From positions 177,818,001 through 177,882,000 of the forward strand of contig NC_086097.1 in assembly GCF_963921235.1 (NCBI RefSeq): DNA of 64,000 bases, written 5' to 3'. The position numbers and the translations under genes were made by a program. The number at the start of each line of letters is the position of its first letter. Position 1 is the first letter of the stretch. This DNA is from Mobula hypostoma. Its lineage: Eukaryota. The notes below the pieces were generated by a model. It saw nothing but the letters and a program-made list of their open reading frames with translations, searched no databases and was not told the origin of the DNA. This document shows positions 1-11,282 of this stretch, one piece after another.

Positions 1-620
1 ACACAAGTTATACACAATTTGCACAAGAAAACAAATTAGAACAAAAAAAGTTCATTTTATTGCAAAGTGGTCAAAGTGTAGCTAAGCTGCAGTGATTAGG
101 ATTTTCCAGTTCAAGAACCAAATGGTAACTGTTCCTGAACTCCTGCTGCAGATCTCAGGCTTCTGTACTTCCTGCCTGATGGTAGTTGCAAGTAGATGGC
201 CCAGATGGTGGGTATTCTGATGACTACTCAAAATGTCCTTCAATAGGATTGCATCTTTTTATTCAACTGCTTGTCTAAATGTCTCTTAAAATAGTGATTT
301 TATCATATTCTACCACCTGTTCTGGCAGCAAATTCCAGATATCCACCAGTTTTTGTGTAAAAATGATTGGCCCCTTCAAGTTTGTTTTAAAACTCCTCAC
401 ATATTAAACCTTGGCCTCCAGTTTTTGACACTCCACCGTTGGAACTAGCCATAAAATTGAAGGCAAAATAAACACAGAGCCAAATGGCTTCCTCTTGTTC
501 CTTGTTTATTTGGTTTACAGAATAATAAAGATTTTTGACTCTCCAAAGCCAATAGAAAATAGTCAAGTTTTAATTCAACATCATTCCTTTTTGAGTGGTT
601 CTTGCTTGTCCCTGTTTCAG

Positions 621-893
621 GTTTACTGGGTTGGTCCAACAATAGGTGGAATCAGCGCTGCTGCCCTCTATGAGTATCTATTCTGTCCAGACGAGGAACT
701 GAAGAGACGTTTTAAAGATATCTTCAAATCTACACCGGCTCCTGGGGCTAAGTATTTGGATGTGGTGGAAAGCAGGAGCCAAGCCATTGAATACGAGGAT
801 CTGGCTGTTAAACCTGGAGGCTCTCAGTTTGAGGGTGAAGGTAAAAGCAAAGAGAAGGAAGATAAGGGTGAAGAACGTCTGACACCCGTATGA
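621..893 (+). CDS. AQP4: Aquaporin-4, terminal coding exon (end of TM6 plus cytoplasmic C-tail), 90 codons plus stop
   Basis: Pyrimidine tract and CAG acceptor end at 620, phase 0. Translation VYWVGPTIGGISAAALYEYLFCPDEELKRRFKDIF...KYLDVVESRSQ...EDLAVKPG...ERLTPV* matches the AQP4-specific tail (YWVGP, LYEY.FCPD.E.KRRFK, RSQ, KPG, terminal S/T-x-V). The ORF-track residues upstream of 621 are intronic. Confidence 0.95.
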   Translation, partial: VYWVGPTIGGISAAALYEYLFCPDEELKRRFKDIFKSTPAPGAKYLDVVESRSQAIEYEDLAVKPGGSQFEGEGKSKEKEDKGEERLTPV

Positions 894-980
894 CTAGCAG
901 AGGGCACAAGACAGCAAGAGATGACTTGTGAAAGCTTGGCTGACTGTGTTGTTCCTATAAAAGAAACTGATCTTTTATAA
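891..980 (+). CDS. AQP4: Stop-codon readthrough extension of AQP4 (AQP4ex-like): X-LAEGTRQQEMTCESLADCVVPIKETDLL*
   Basis: TGA 891-893 is followed by CTAG 894-897. The frame is open to TAA 978-980, adding 29 residues including the recoded stop. It ends in PIKETDLL, as in mammalian AQP4ex (recalled). Confidence 0.85.
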
Positions 981-1177
981 ACACTCAGCACTCACTGATG
1001 ACTAGAACAAGATTTACTTCACTGTACAGACAATTTTAGTGAAATGCTTAAGGGGTTCAAGTGGCACAAAATGATATGATTTCTTTTCAAACTCATTTCT
1101 AGTGTTGCTGACAGAAGATCAAAGGATTGGGAAAGAATTACATGTTGTCTTGATGAAAGCGACTTTAGTCCACAAAG

Positions 1178-1495
1178 AGTGGCACTGCTGGTAGAACCAT
1201 TGCCTCACAGCTTCCGACCTCCAGTGCTGTCTGTGTGGGGTTTTCACATTCTCCCTGTGATGCGTTTTTCATGGGTGCTCTGATCTCCCTCCAAAAAGGT
1301 GCAGGTTGGTAGGTTAAATGGCCAATGTGATTTGCCCCCAGTGTGTACAGTAGGTGAGGGGTAGAATCTGGGGAGAGTTGATGGGACCGAGGGGAAAATA
1401 AAATGGGACTGATGTTGGTTGAGTGTAAATGGGTAGCTCATGGTCAATATGAACTCAATGGAATGAATGGCCTATTTCTGTACTGTGTCACTAAG
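1178..1495 (+). mobile_element. tRNA-derived V-domain SINE (HE1-like), decayed, in the probable AQP4 3' UTR
   Basis: V-domain-like core 'cacattctccctgtgatgcgtttttcatgggtgctctgatctccctcc' plus a CR1-like tail. Related copies occur near 3445-3690, 24485-24660, 33310-33560, 34250-34520, 37010-37300, 43430-43600 and 51120-51360. Confidence 0.65.
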
Positions 1496-3949
1496 AGTTC
1501 ATGAGTCAGTTGACAGTAGTTCCACGAGTAACACAACCCTAACCAAAAGTAGAAGATGCAGGAAATAGTCAACAAGTCTCTGATCTTCTCTCAGAACTGT
1601 GGTTTCCTGCTGCCTGACCTGTAGAATAGTTGGTAACTGGTTCATTATTGTCACATGTATTGAGATACAGTGGAAAAACTTTGTTTATAGCATGCCATCC
1701 AAACAGATGTATTTCAAGACAGTACAGAAAAAAAGCAATAATATAATACAGAATGTCATGTTAGAGTTACAGAGAAAATACAGCGCCGGTGAACAATAAG
1801 GTGCAAGGGATATGATGAGGAAGATTGAGAGATTAAGAGTTTATCTTTATCATACATTCAGGAGTCTTATAATAATGGAATAAGAGCTGTCCTTGAGCCA
1901 AGTGGTACAAATATCTTCTGACTGATGGGAGGGCGGAGAGGGGAGGATGAAGGGGTGGGAGTGGTATTTGATATTGGCTGCTTTCCTGAGGCAGCAGGAA
2001 ATGTAAACAGTCAATGGAGGGGCAGCTGATGCTCATGAGACTGGAAATGCTCTGCAATTTCTTGCAGTCTCGGACAGAGCAGTTGCTGTACTGGTATGAT
2101 GCTGTCTATAAAATTGATGCAGGTCATTGTGGACAAGCTAAAGTTCTGAGATTTACTAATTTACCAATCTAATTCCTGGTCTGAGAGGATTGTCTTACCA
2201 TCCCCGGAACTGGAGGATAGAGGTTCCATATTCCAGGGAATTTAGATGAATGAGTGGAGACCTTATTCAATGTGAAAGATCCTAGAGGGATTTTGTCAGG
2301 GTAGATATTGAAGTGTTTTCACTAGTGGGAGATTGTGAAGGCAAAGTTACCAGATAAGAGGATGGTCATTTAAAACCAAAATGTGTAGAACTTCCTCTTT
2401 TAAATGGTAAACAAAAGGCTTAAAATTCTCTGCCCTGAGGAGACAGATGAATATTTTAAAGATCAAAGATGATAGGAAATTGGCATAGCAAAGGTTGGTG
2501 TAGATCAGGCATTGCAGGGCAGGGCAAAGGCACCAAGTGGGCTGCTTCTGTTCCTATTTATTGTGTTCTTCTGTGTCCTGGTTTTTGACCATTGGGAACA
2601 GTTTTCCTTGATTCACTCTGATTTTAACTCATTCATGTTTGGTGGCAGCAGTACAAAGCAAAGCATAAAAAGTTACTGAGTTACTATACAAAAAATAAAT
2701 AGTGCCAAAGAGGAAATGCCAAGTAATGTTCATGGACTGTTCAGAGACCCGATGGCAGAGGGGAAGAAACGCTTCCTAAAACATTGGTGGTGGGTCTTCA
2801 CACGCCTGTACCTCCTCCCTGGTGGTATTACTGAGAAGAGGGCATGTCCCGGATGGTGAGGATCTAAATGAAAGATGCAGTCCTTCCTGTATGTGTAAAC
2901 TTACTCTTTCCATCGTTCTCTAAAACTCGACCTTTTCAAGATCACTGTGCTGTGGATTTGCTGTTAAACCAAGGCGCAGATTGAATGCAGAAGATCTCAT
3001 GGAGGACAGGGGATTTCTCCCAGGGCGGGAAGTAGATACTCAGACTCAGTTTCCCATAGTAGTAGTATCAAAACATAGGGTGAAAGGAAGGGGATCTGAT
3101 GGTAAGTTTTATATGCAGCACACACTCAGTGGTGGTGATGAAATCAGATTCAATCACAACATTTAAGAGGCTTTTATTCAGGCACTTAATTAAGCAAGGC
3201 ATGTAAGGATACAGTCCTAAAGCAGACAAATGGGATTAGTGTCGATGGGGAAAGGTCAGCATGGATGTGATGGGCTGATGGGCTTGTTCCTCTGCTGTAC
3301 CACCCCTGGACTCCCAGTACTCTGGTAGATGCCCTAAGTTTGAGTTGACCTTTAGTGGGTTGCATATAATAAACCTGGGAGAGAATATGTTAGCCAACTG
3401 GACCTGCTGCACACATTTCCAGTGACCCAAGTTCAATCCTAAGAAGGTGCTGTCTGGTTGGAGTTTGCTCGTTCTCACTGTGAGTAGCTTGCGTTCTACT
3501 GGGTGCTCTGGTTTCATTCCACATCCTAAAGAACTGTTGATGGGTTAGATTACATTTAGGGCAGCTGGGTGGCAGAAGAATAAACAGGGAAACAAAGAAT
3601 GTGTGGGAGATGGGTAATGAAGCAGATGGGATTGCTCTGGTAGGCACTATAAATTCAATAGGCTAAATGGCTTCTTTGTACATTATAAGAAAGTTACATT
3701 AAAACAAATCAACAGAGGTTATTGTGAGGACTTTTCAGTAACTCCTCTTCAAGCGTGTGAGTGATCTATTCTGAGTATCATTCCAAGGCTTGGAAACAAC
3801 ACACTGTATAAACTAGGAGGCGGCATTGGCCTGGTGTAAGACCAGCAAGAAATATGAAGAAACGGGTCAACTTACATTTCCATAGTGTCTTTTCCAGCCT
3901 CTGGGCAACTCAATTTGCTTCACAGTCAAGAGGCATATCTGAAGCATTG

Positions 3950-4690
3950 TTCCTCCAGGTGAGGCAACACAACACATGCGAGTCTGTTGGGGTCATCTAT
4001 TGCATACAGTGCTCCAGGTGTAGTCTTCTCCACATCAGTGAGACTTGATGCAGAGTGAAGTCCGTTTTATCAAGCACCTTTGTTCCGACTACTTCAATGC
4101 AGGGTCTCCCTATGGCCAGCCATTTCAATTCACCATTCCATTCCCATTCTGATATGTCTGGTGATGGGCTCCTCTAATGCCACGATGAGGCCAAACTCAG
4201 GTTGGAGGAGCAACACCTCGTATTCTGTCTGGGTAGCCTCTAACCTGATGGCATAAATTAATTTCTCCAACTTCTGGTAAATCCCCACCCATCCTTTTTT
4301 TCTTCTTTCCCCATTCCAGTTTCCCTCTTACCTTTCTTTTCTCATCACCTGACCATCATCTCCCTCTGGTTCCCCTCCTGCTTCCCCTTCTTCCATGGTC
4401 CACTGTCCTCTTCTACTAAATTCCTTCTTCCTCAGCCCTTTACCTCTTCCACCTATCCCTCTCAGCTTTTTACTTCACTCCCTCTTCCCCCTCCACTGGT
4501 CCCACCTATCCTTTCCCTCCTCCTACCTCCTTATTCTGGTTTCTGGCCCCTTCCTTTCTAGTCCTGATGAAGGGTCTAGCCAAAATGATGACTGTTCATT
4601 CCCCTCCATTGATGCTGCCTGACTTGCTGAGTTCCTCTAGCATTTTGTGTGTGTTACTTAAGATTTCCAGCATCTCTTGTGTTTCTGAAT
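3950..4690 (+). mobile_element. Penelope-like element 3' fragment (decayed GIY-YIG endonuclease plus 3' terminal region)
   Basis: Translation FLQVRQHNTCESVGVIYCIQCSRCSLLHISET is homologous to the 18373 copy. It is followed by a pyrimidine-rich spacer and the shared 3' end (CTGATGAAGGGTCT...GATGCTGCCTGAC). Confidence 0.85.
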
Positions 4691-6323
4691 TGGGTTCATG
4701 TTTTTATGGAAATGTGGCAGCAGCTGATTTATACGTAACGAGATCGCACAAACATCATTGTGGTAATGGCCAGGCTTTGAGTTATTTGGTATTGGAATTG
4801 GTTTATTATTGTCACATGTACCAAGATATAGTGACAACTGTGTCTTGCATACTGTTTATAAGATTAAATCATTGCACAGGGCTTTGAGCTAGAATAACGG
4901 AAAACAATACCAATACAGAATACCTAATCAATGTTACTGAAAACGTATGGTGCAGGTGAAGTGCATGATCATGTTAAGGTAGATTGTGAGGCCGAGAGTC
5001 CATCTTATCGTACAAGAGGTCCTTTTAAGAGACCGGTAACAGTGGGATAGAAGCTGTCCTTGAATTAATGTGGACTGAGGGGTGAATGTTGGTCAGTGCA
5101 CAGGCTCTCTGTCTCTTACAATGGAATCTCTAGTCCCCATCAAGAGGGAGGGTGATACTGAGCCACTGAAGCAACTTAATGAAAAGTGACAAGTTTTGGT
5201 CAAAGGATATGGATGAGAGCACAGCAGATCAAGCATTAAATGTTGTATAAAGCATTCCTAGCCCTCTGAGACCTTGCTTCAATGGATGGGAACAATGTGA
5301 CTGAAAGATGTTGGCACAGACCTCTGTGTTCAAACCTCTGATGGATCTGGGAGTAATAGACTGTAAAATTCCTAAGATAATGACTCGGGCTTAGTAGTCA
5401 TAGGCTAAGATCAACACTGTGAGCTTTAACAGGTGCTATGCAAAGGAGGGGCAGTGGACATGGTCCTGGAGTGTGGATGGAGGGATGGGAGAACTGCTCA
5501 TAACCTGAATAGTCCCCCAGTACAATAAGATAGACTTATGCCCTCACCATCCACCTCATCACAGCCTTGCACCTTATTGTCTGGCTGCACTGCACATTCT
5601 CTGTAACTGAACACTATTTATAGATTTAAGCTTACTTATTTTGAGATACAGAGTGGAATAGACTCTCCCGGCCCTTCAAGCCACACTGCCCAAAACCCCA
5701 ATTTAACCCTAACCTAATCCCAGGACAGTTTGCAATAACCAATTACCCTACCCGGTAGGTCTTTGAACTATGGGAGAAAACCAGAGAAAACGCACACATT
5801 TCATGGGGAGGACGTATGGAGACGCCTTACAGAGGACACTGGGATTGAACTCCGAAACTCCGAGCTGTAATAGTGTCACACTAACTGCTATGCTACTGTG
5901 GCGCTCATCTGCATTCTGTTATTATTTTCCCTTATACTACCACAGTACACTGCTGTAATGAAATGATCAGCAACGACCTTTCACTGTACCTTGGTACATG
6001 TGACAATAATTAGCAATTTACCAATTTAAGTTGGGTGATCATAACCAAGAGATCAATGATGTTGGATCTGGTGATATTGATCTGGAGGTTTTTCAGAAGT
6101 CAAGAATGAGGCACAAAGAATGAACAAAGAAAAATCTGCTGTGGTCATCTCATATTAAAACTAGAGATAAAAGCACTTTCTGTGGATAAGATGTAACCTA
6201 TGAAATAGCCAGATACAAGTGCCATGGCACCAGCTGCAGAAAAACACAGAAGCTTCTAGAAAATACAAAGTCCACTCCAGTATACTACAATTACTAGAAA
6301 ATTTACTGAAAAATTATACATAT

Positions 6324-6918
6324 ATAGGTGATGCAAGGGCCTCCTTCGGGCAGAGCTGTCCTTGGATATTGAGTCCTAGTTGTCTGGATACGCAAGCCTG
6401 GCCAGGACGATATGGAGAGCAAGCTGTTGCCCATGTAACAAGCTCCCCCTCTCCACGCATCTGCTGAACCCAAAGGAACGGCAGAGACTGGTACAGTTTG
6501 GTACCAGCAGCATCACAGGAGTTGCCAGTCAGCATTCAAACGCAACATAAGACTGCCTGAGGGACTCCAGCTCTGGATCTTTCCCTCGAGGTTTACTCCT
6601 GAAGCCATCCCCATGATTTGGTATAGCTGTACGGCAGCAGAGGTTTGAGATCAGAGTTTCCTTTCTCCTAGATGAGTTGCCAACCAAGGCTGATGAGTCC
6701 CATCTGCCTGAAGTGATTGGTTTTAAGGCACCAGTAACCTGCCTTTGCCCCTTCTTCTGTCAGTAGAAACAGTTCTGCCAGGCTTAGTAGCTAAGGCACA
6801 CGTGAAGGCCGGGAGCTGGACTTGGCTATCAGAGGCTATTTGAGGAGCATGCCATTGGGAGCATTTAATAGATAGTGGGAGCTTGTTACCATTACCACTT
6901 CCAGCTATAACAACCTTA
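6324..6918 (-). mobile_element. Non-autonomous retroelement, probably RTE-related
   Basis: The minus strand has CTAGGAGAAAGGAAACTCTGATCTCAAACC, resembling RTE 5' regions (recalled). 6393-6507 is homologous to the middle of the SINE at 23657-23774. Confidence 0.45.
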
Positions 6919-7414
6919 TGTAGGCTTAGGTTCGGCACAACATTGTGGGCCGAATGGCCAGTTCCTGTGCTGTACTTTCCTATGTTCTACAAAAAGCACC
7001 AATCCTACATTCTACTCAAACGGGGTGGTGGCTGTGTCTGTGATAGACAGGTTGAAGGGGCTGTTTAAGAAGCACATGGCAACCATGGTTTTGTGAATGG
7101 GGCATGGATTAGAAAAGCAGGAGAACTCCTGCGGCCTGCACAGTAACATTGAGACATTCCACATTCATGCTTCACTGTTTACAAACCTGGGGACCACACT
7201 TGCTAAGTCTGAGCCAGAAGCAGCTTCAATATCACTGGTATATGCCATGAAATGTGTTGTTTTGCAGCAGTAGTACATTGCAATATATAGTAATAAAATC
7301 TGTAAATTACTCCCCCACCCTGGGGAATTGACAGTGACCATTCACTCTACTTATGACCCTCAAGATTGTATGAACCTTTACAAGGTCACCCTTCAGCCTT
7401 CTTTACTCCAGGGA

Positions 7415-8045
7415 AAACACAAATACAAGAGATTCCACAGAATCAGGAAATCTTGAGCAACACACGCAGAAAGCTGAAGGAACTCGGCGGGTCGGGCAGC
7501 ATCTATGGAGGTGGATTCAATAATTGACATTTTGGGGCAAGCCCCTTCAGGACTGGAAGGGAAAGGGGCAGAAGCCGGAATAAGGAAATGGGGGGAAGGT
7601 GGGGAGTTGAAGTGACAGGTGATTGGTGAGACCAGAAGATGGGGGTGGTTGGGGAGGGGGAATGAAATGCTGGGAGCGGATATTTAGAAGAGTAAAGGGC
7701 TGAAGAAGAATGAATCTATTAGGAGGGGCAGTGAACCATGGAATAAAGGAATGGAAGAGGGGGTGATGGGCAGGTAGGAGAAAGGTTGAGGGGCTAACCA
7801 GAATGAGGAAAGAGAGAAAGTTGGAGGGGGAGAAATTACTGGAAGTTAGAGAAATCAATGTTCGTGCCATCAAGTTGGAGGCTACCCTGACAGAATATGA
7901 GGTGTTGCTTTTCCAACCTGAATTAGGCCTCATCATGGTAGTAGAAGAGGCCATGGAGTGACGTGTCTGAATGGGGATGGAAAGTTAAATTGAAATGGGT
8001 AGCCACCTATCGATTTGCCTGCCTTTTGTGATAGACAGAGTAAAG
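7415..8045 (-). mobile_element. Penelope-like element 3' fragment
   Basis: Reverse complement of the same GIY-YIG end and 3' terminal sequence seen at 3950-4690 and 18373-19328. Confidence 0.8.
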
Positions 8046-9895
8046 GTGTAAAGATAAATTACATGAATTTGAACCCAGCTAGCTACAACCACACCAGCCA
8101 TGTCTCAGTTGGCATGGCACTGGGTTGCTCTCTTCTCCAGCCCAGATGAAGAGTCTGGACTGATGATGTTGACTGTCCTTTACCTCAACAGATGCTGCTT
8201 GATGTCCTGAGTTCCTCTGGCATCTCGTTTGGTTCTCTCCTTTCACAATCTGTTAATCATTGACAGAAATATGTGTGTCTGGTATTTTTTTTGTCAGATG
8301 TACTGGGTACAGTAGAAAATGGTCAGCTCACCCACACTCTGAAGAAAGAGTGAAAATGGATTCTGCCATGCTGTATGCTAAAATGTGTAACACAAAATTG
8401 AAGTTTGTAAGACAAAATGGTTATCAGCTTGGAATTTGGTAATAGCCAGGAGATGTACGTGGATATACCTCCTTGAGGTTAGATAATGGTGAAGAATTCT
8501 TTCCTCCTTAAAGACCTCATGTCTGGTACTAAGTTATGCACCTTGGCTGAAGGTTATGAGAGATAAGATGGTACAAGCTGGTACCACTAAGGGATGGAAA
8601 AGTACTTGAGTAAAAGTTATGTCAGATTTCTGAAGGGTTTTAAAAAATGGGAATTTCTTTGTGCAGGTATGAACCTTCTCTTAGGCTGGGCCTTGACTAA
8701 GTACTAAGAGTTAGAGATAGAAACAAAGGTATGATGAGATGGATGGTAAGAGTTTTTTTTCCAGGGTAGGGGAGTCCAAAACTAGGAGGCACTTATTTAA
8801 GGTGAGAGAGAAAGATTTAAAAGTGAACTGAGAGGCAACTTTTCATCCAGAGGGCGGTAAGTATTGAATGAGCTGCCAGAGGGAGTGGTTGAGGCAAGTA
8901 CAATAGTGTAAATTAAGAAGTACTAGATAAATACATGGATAGGAGAGGCTTACAGGGATGTGGGCCAAATGCATGAAATTGGGACTAGCTGGGTGGACAG
9001 GCGGCAGCATGGACTGGTTGAGCCAGAGGGTCTGTATCCATGCCACTCTGTGTTGGTCTGTGACTGACAAAGAGGGAGCGAGAGAGACTGGAAAAGCTGT
9101 CACACCTTGCAGTTTCCTGGGTTGTAGTCTATGGTGTAGCTTAGTGACTATTTGTTAAGTTTTATTTTGTCTCTCTTGCTCCTTTATTAACTACTTTTCT
9201 TGCTTTCTGTAGTTTTTTCTTTATATAACTCTAATAAAGTAATTTATTATAGCCTTTAACATGTGTTTGCGGATATCTTGCTGCTGAATCATAAAAGAAA
9301 AAGAAACGAATTTTAAAACATTTTTTGTTACACTCACCTACACAGGGGCAATTAGATATTGGTGATAAATGCAGGCCTTACTGGCAAAATCCACATCCCA
9401 ATGTGAAAGACAAAAGAAGGGTGGTTCCTTTGACAATATCCCTTAATTGTGGGTTTTATTGTGGGATCCATACCCCATCTAGTGGCCAAGAACACAAATG
9501 GATGGAAGAGAAAACTACTAGAGAACAGGTTGCATGAGCATAATATTAACAAAACAAATCTCTGCTTGTTCCGCTGTCGTATAGAACAAAGAACATGGAA
9601 CAGCACAGCTCAGGAACAGGCCCTTCGGCTCACCTGTCTCTGCCTAGCAAAATGCCGGATTAAACTGCACATCATAGATTCCTAGAAAATACAGCTCAGG
9701 TACAGGCCCTTCAGCCCAGTAAGTGCATCCCTACCACGCTGCCCACCCAGCTGCGTTTCCTGTGTTCAATCCTATCTGGCCTCTCCCCTCCATGTATCGA
9801 TCCAAGACCTTCCTAAATGATACTACAGGGACCATTGGGACCTGAGGAGTGCCGGATTAGTGAAAACGTCGAATTACAGAAGGATCACATTAAGC

Positions 9896-11282
9896 CAGGG
9901 TTCCCCAATTAGTTTTCCACAAGGGCCAAATTATGTCAAGCATGCCAAGCCAAGGGCCAAAACGTCCAGGGTTTTTTTTTTCCATTGCACCAGTAAGTTG
10001 TTTTATGGGCAGATGTTGTTGTTGCTGCTATTATTATTATTAGTAGTAGTAGTAGGAGTAGTAGTAGTAATAATTTAGGCCTGGGATTCTCAAAGCCTGT
10101 GTTGTGGGTCACGCAAGAAAAAAAAATGCACTCTTGAAACAAAATAAGGAATACTTGTGACTCTAGCTATCACAACTGTCAGCTGTCACATTGAGAACTC
10201 ATCTGGGACTTAAAATACACACACACACACACACACACACAGTAAACATGGTAGTCTTCACAAATTCTCTTCCATACAAAGAACACTTCTCTTCCACACA
10301 AAGAGTTTTAGTAGTACTGCCTTTTCCACTGTTTCTGTTCTCTCATTTAATCTATTTGTTCTTTTTAATTAAGCTATGTAGCATTTGAAGTATGAAGTGT
10401 AGCTATAAATTATCAGTATTGTTGTTGTAATATTATTATACCACAATAAGATTGACAAATGGACAAAAAAAAATTGATTCACTCACCTTGTTGCCGTGTT
10501 AGCTGACAATGGCACCGTCTTTAATAGCTCCATGATCGTTTTCTTGGTTTTCTCATCATGACTTAAAATTTCGCCAACCATATCAATTGTACACGTTTTA
10601 ATCAACTCGACATCAGTGAATGGCTTCTTAGCTTTAGCAAGGTTCCATGACTCATGCAATGATGCAGCTGTTGAGGTCTTGTACAGATGTTGACTTACAG
10701 ATAGTAGAAACGGGGTGCTTGTATGATGTTACCATATTTGCAATTTTTTGTTTGCGTTGATCTGGTTTTGCAGGGTAGTTGGCATTAAAACTGGCAGCAT
10801 GCATAGTGTTGAAGTGCCACTTTAGATTTTCTGATTTGCAGACAGCTATGGACTGCATGCATATTAAGCATGTTGGTTTAGCATTGGCATGGTCCGGTAA
10901 AATAAAGCAAAACTGATCAGTCCAGTCAGATTTGAACTGATTGTTTTCCTGGTCGGCTTTGCACTTTTTCACGCAGACCATATTGTTCTTGGTTTAGGGT
11001 CCGTGATTTACTGCTGGTAACAATTCGCTTAGATGACAGATTCGCTTCTTAGATGACAGGTGGGTAGCTGGTGCGTGCCGCTGTCTAGTCAAGGACCGTA
11101 GAGAGCGCGCAGTAGGTCAAGTGTATGGTGTGGGATGAGGTTAAAATAAATCAGAGCAGCGCACGCTTTATTTACATGTTATGACAGGTGCATTCACGTA
11201 AGTGCCAATGGGTCGGCACGGTCTAGACATATGGTTCTTGCAGTCCAGACCTGGCCCGCGGTCCACCTGTTGGGGTTGTCTG
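9896..11282 (-). mobile_element. hAT (Charlie-like) DNA transposon, internally deleted
   Basis: Perfect 8-bp TSD CATTAAGC at 9888-9895 and 11283-11290. Imperfect terminal inverted repeats (TIRs) CAGGGTTCCCCAA / TTGGGGTTGTCTG. Contains a transposase N-terminal fragment. Confidence 0.9.
10488..10981 (-). pseudogene. hAT transposase N-terminal fragment with BED-like zinc finger, frameshifted
   Basis: CLICMQSIAVCKSENLKWHFNTMH, then after a frameshift near 10660-10680 SWNLAKAKKPFTDVELIKTC...VPLSANTATR. These are typical hAT/GTF2IRD2-like motifs. Confidence 0.8.

Noticed and set aside
495..620. N-terminal 42 residues of the 495-893 ORF
   Set aside because: No aquaporin similarity; lies upstream of a clear splice acceptor at 619-620, so it is intron.
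996..1050. Possible SECIS (ATGA-CTAGAA...TTTTAG-TGA) that would recode the AQP4 UGA as selenocysteine
   Set aside because: Only about 6 bp of helix can form, the quartet register is wrong and there is no properly placed apical AA. The UGA-CUAG context already explains readthrough.
6740..6920. HDV-like ribozyme at the 5' end of the RTE-related element
   Set aside because: Partial P2/P3-like pairing and a hairpin are visible on the minus strand, but I could not identify P1 or P1.1 in this copy. A family consensus would be needed.
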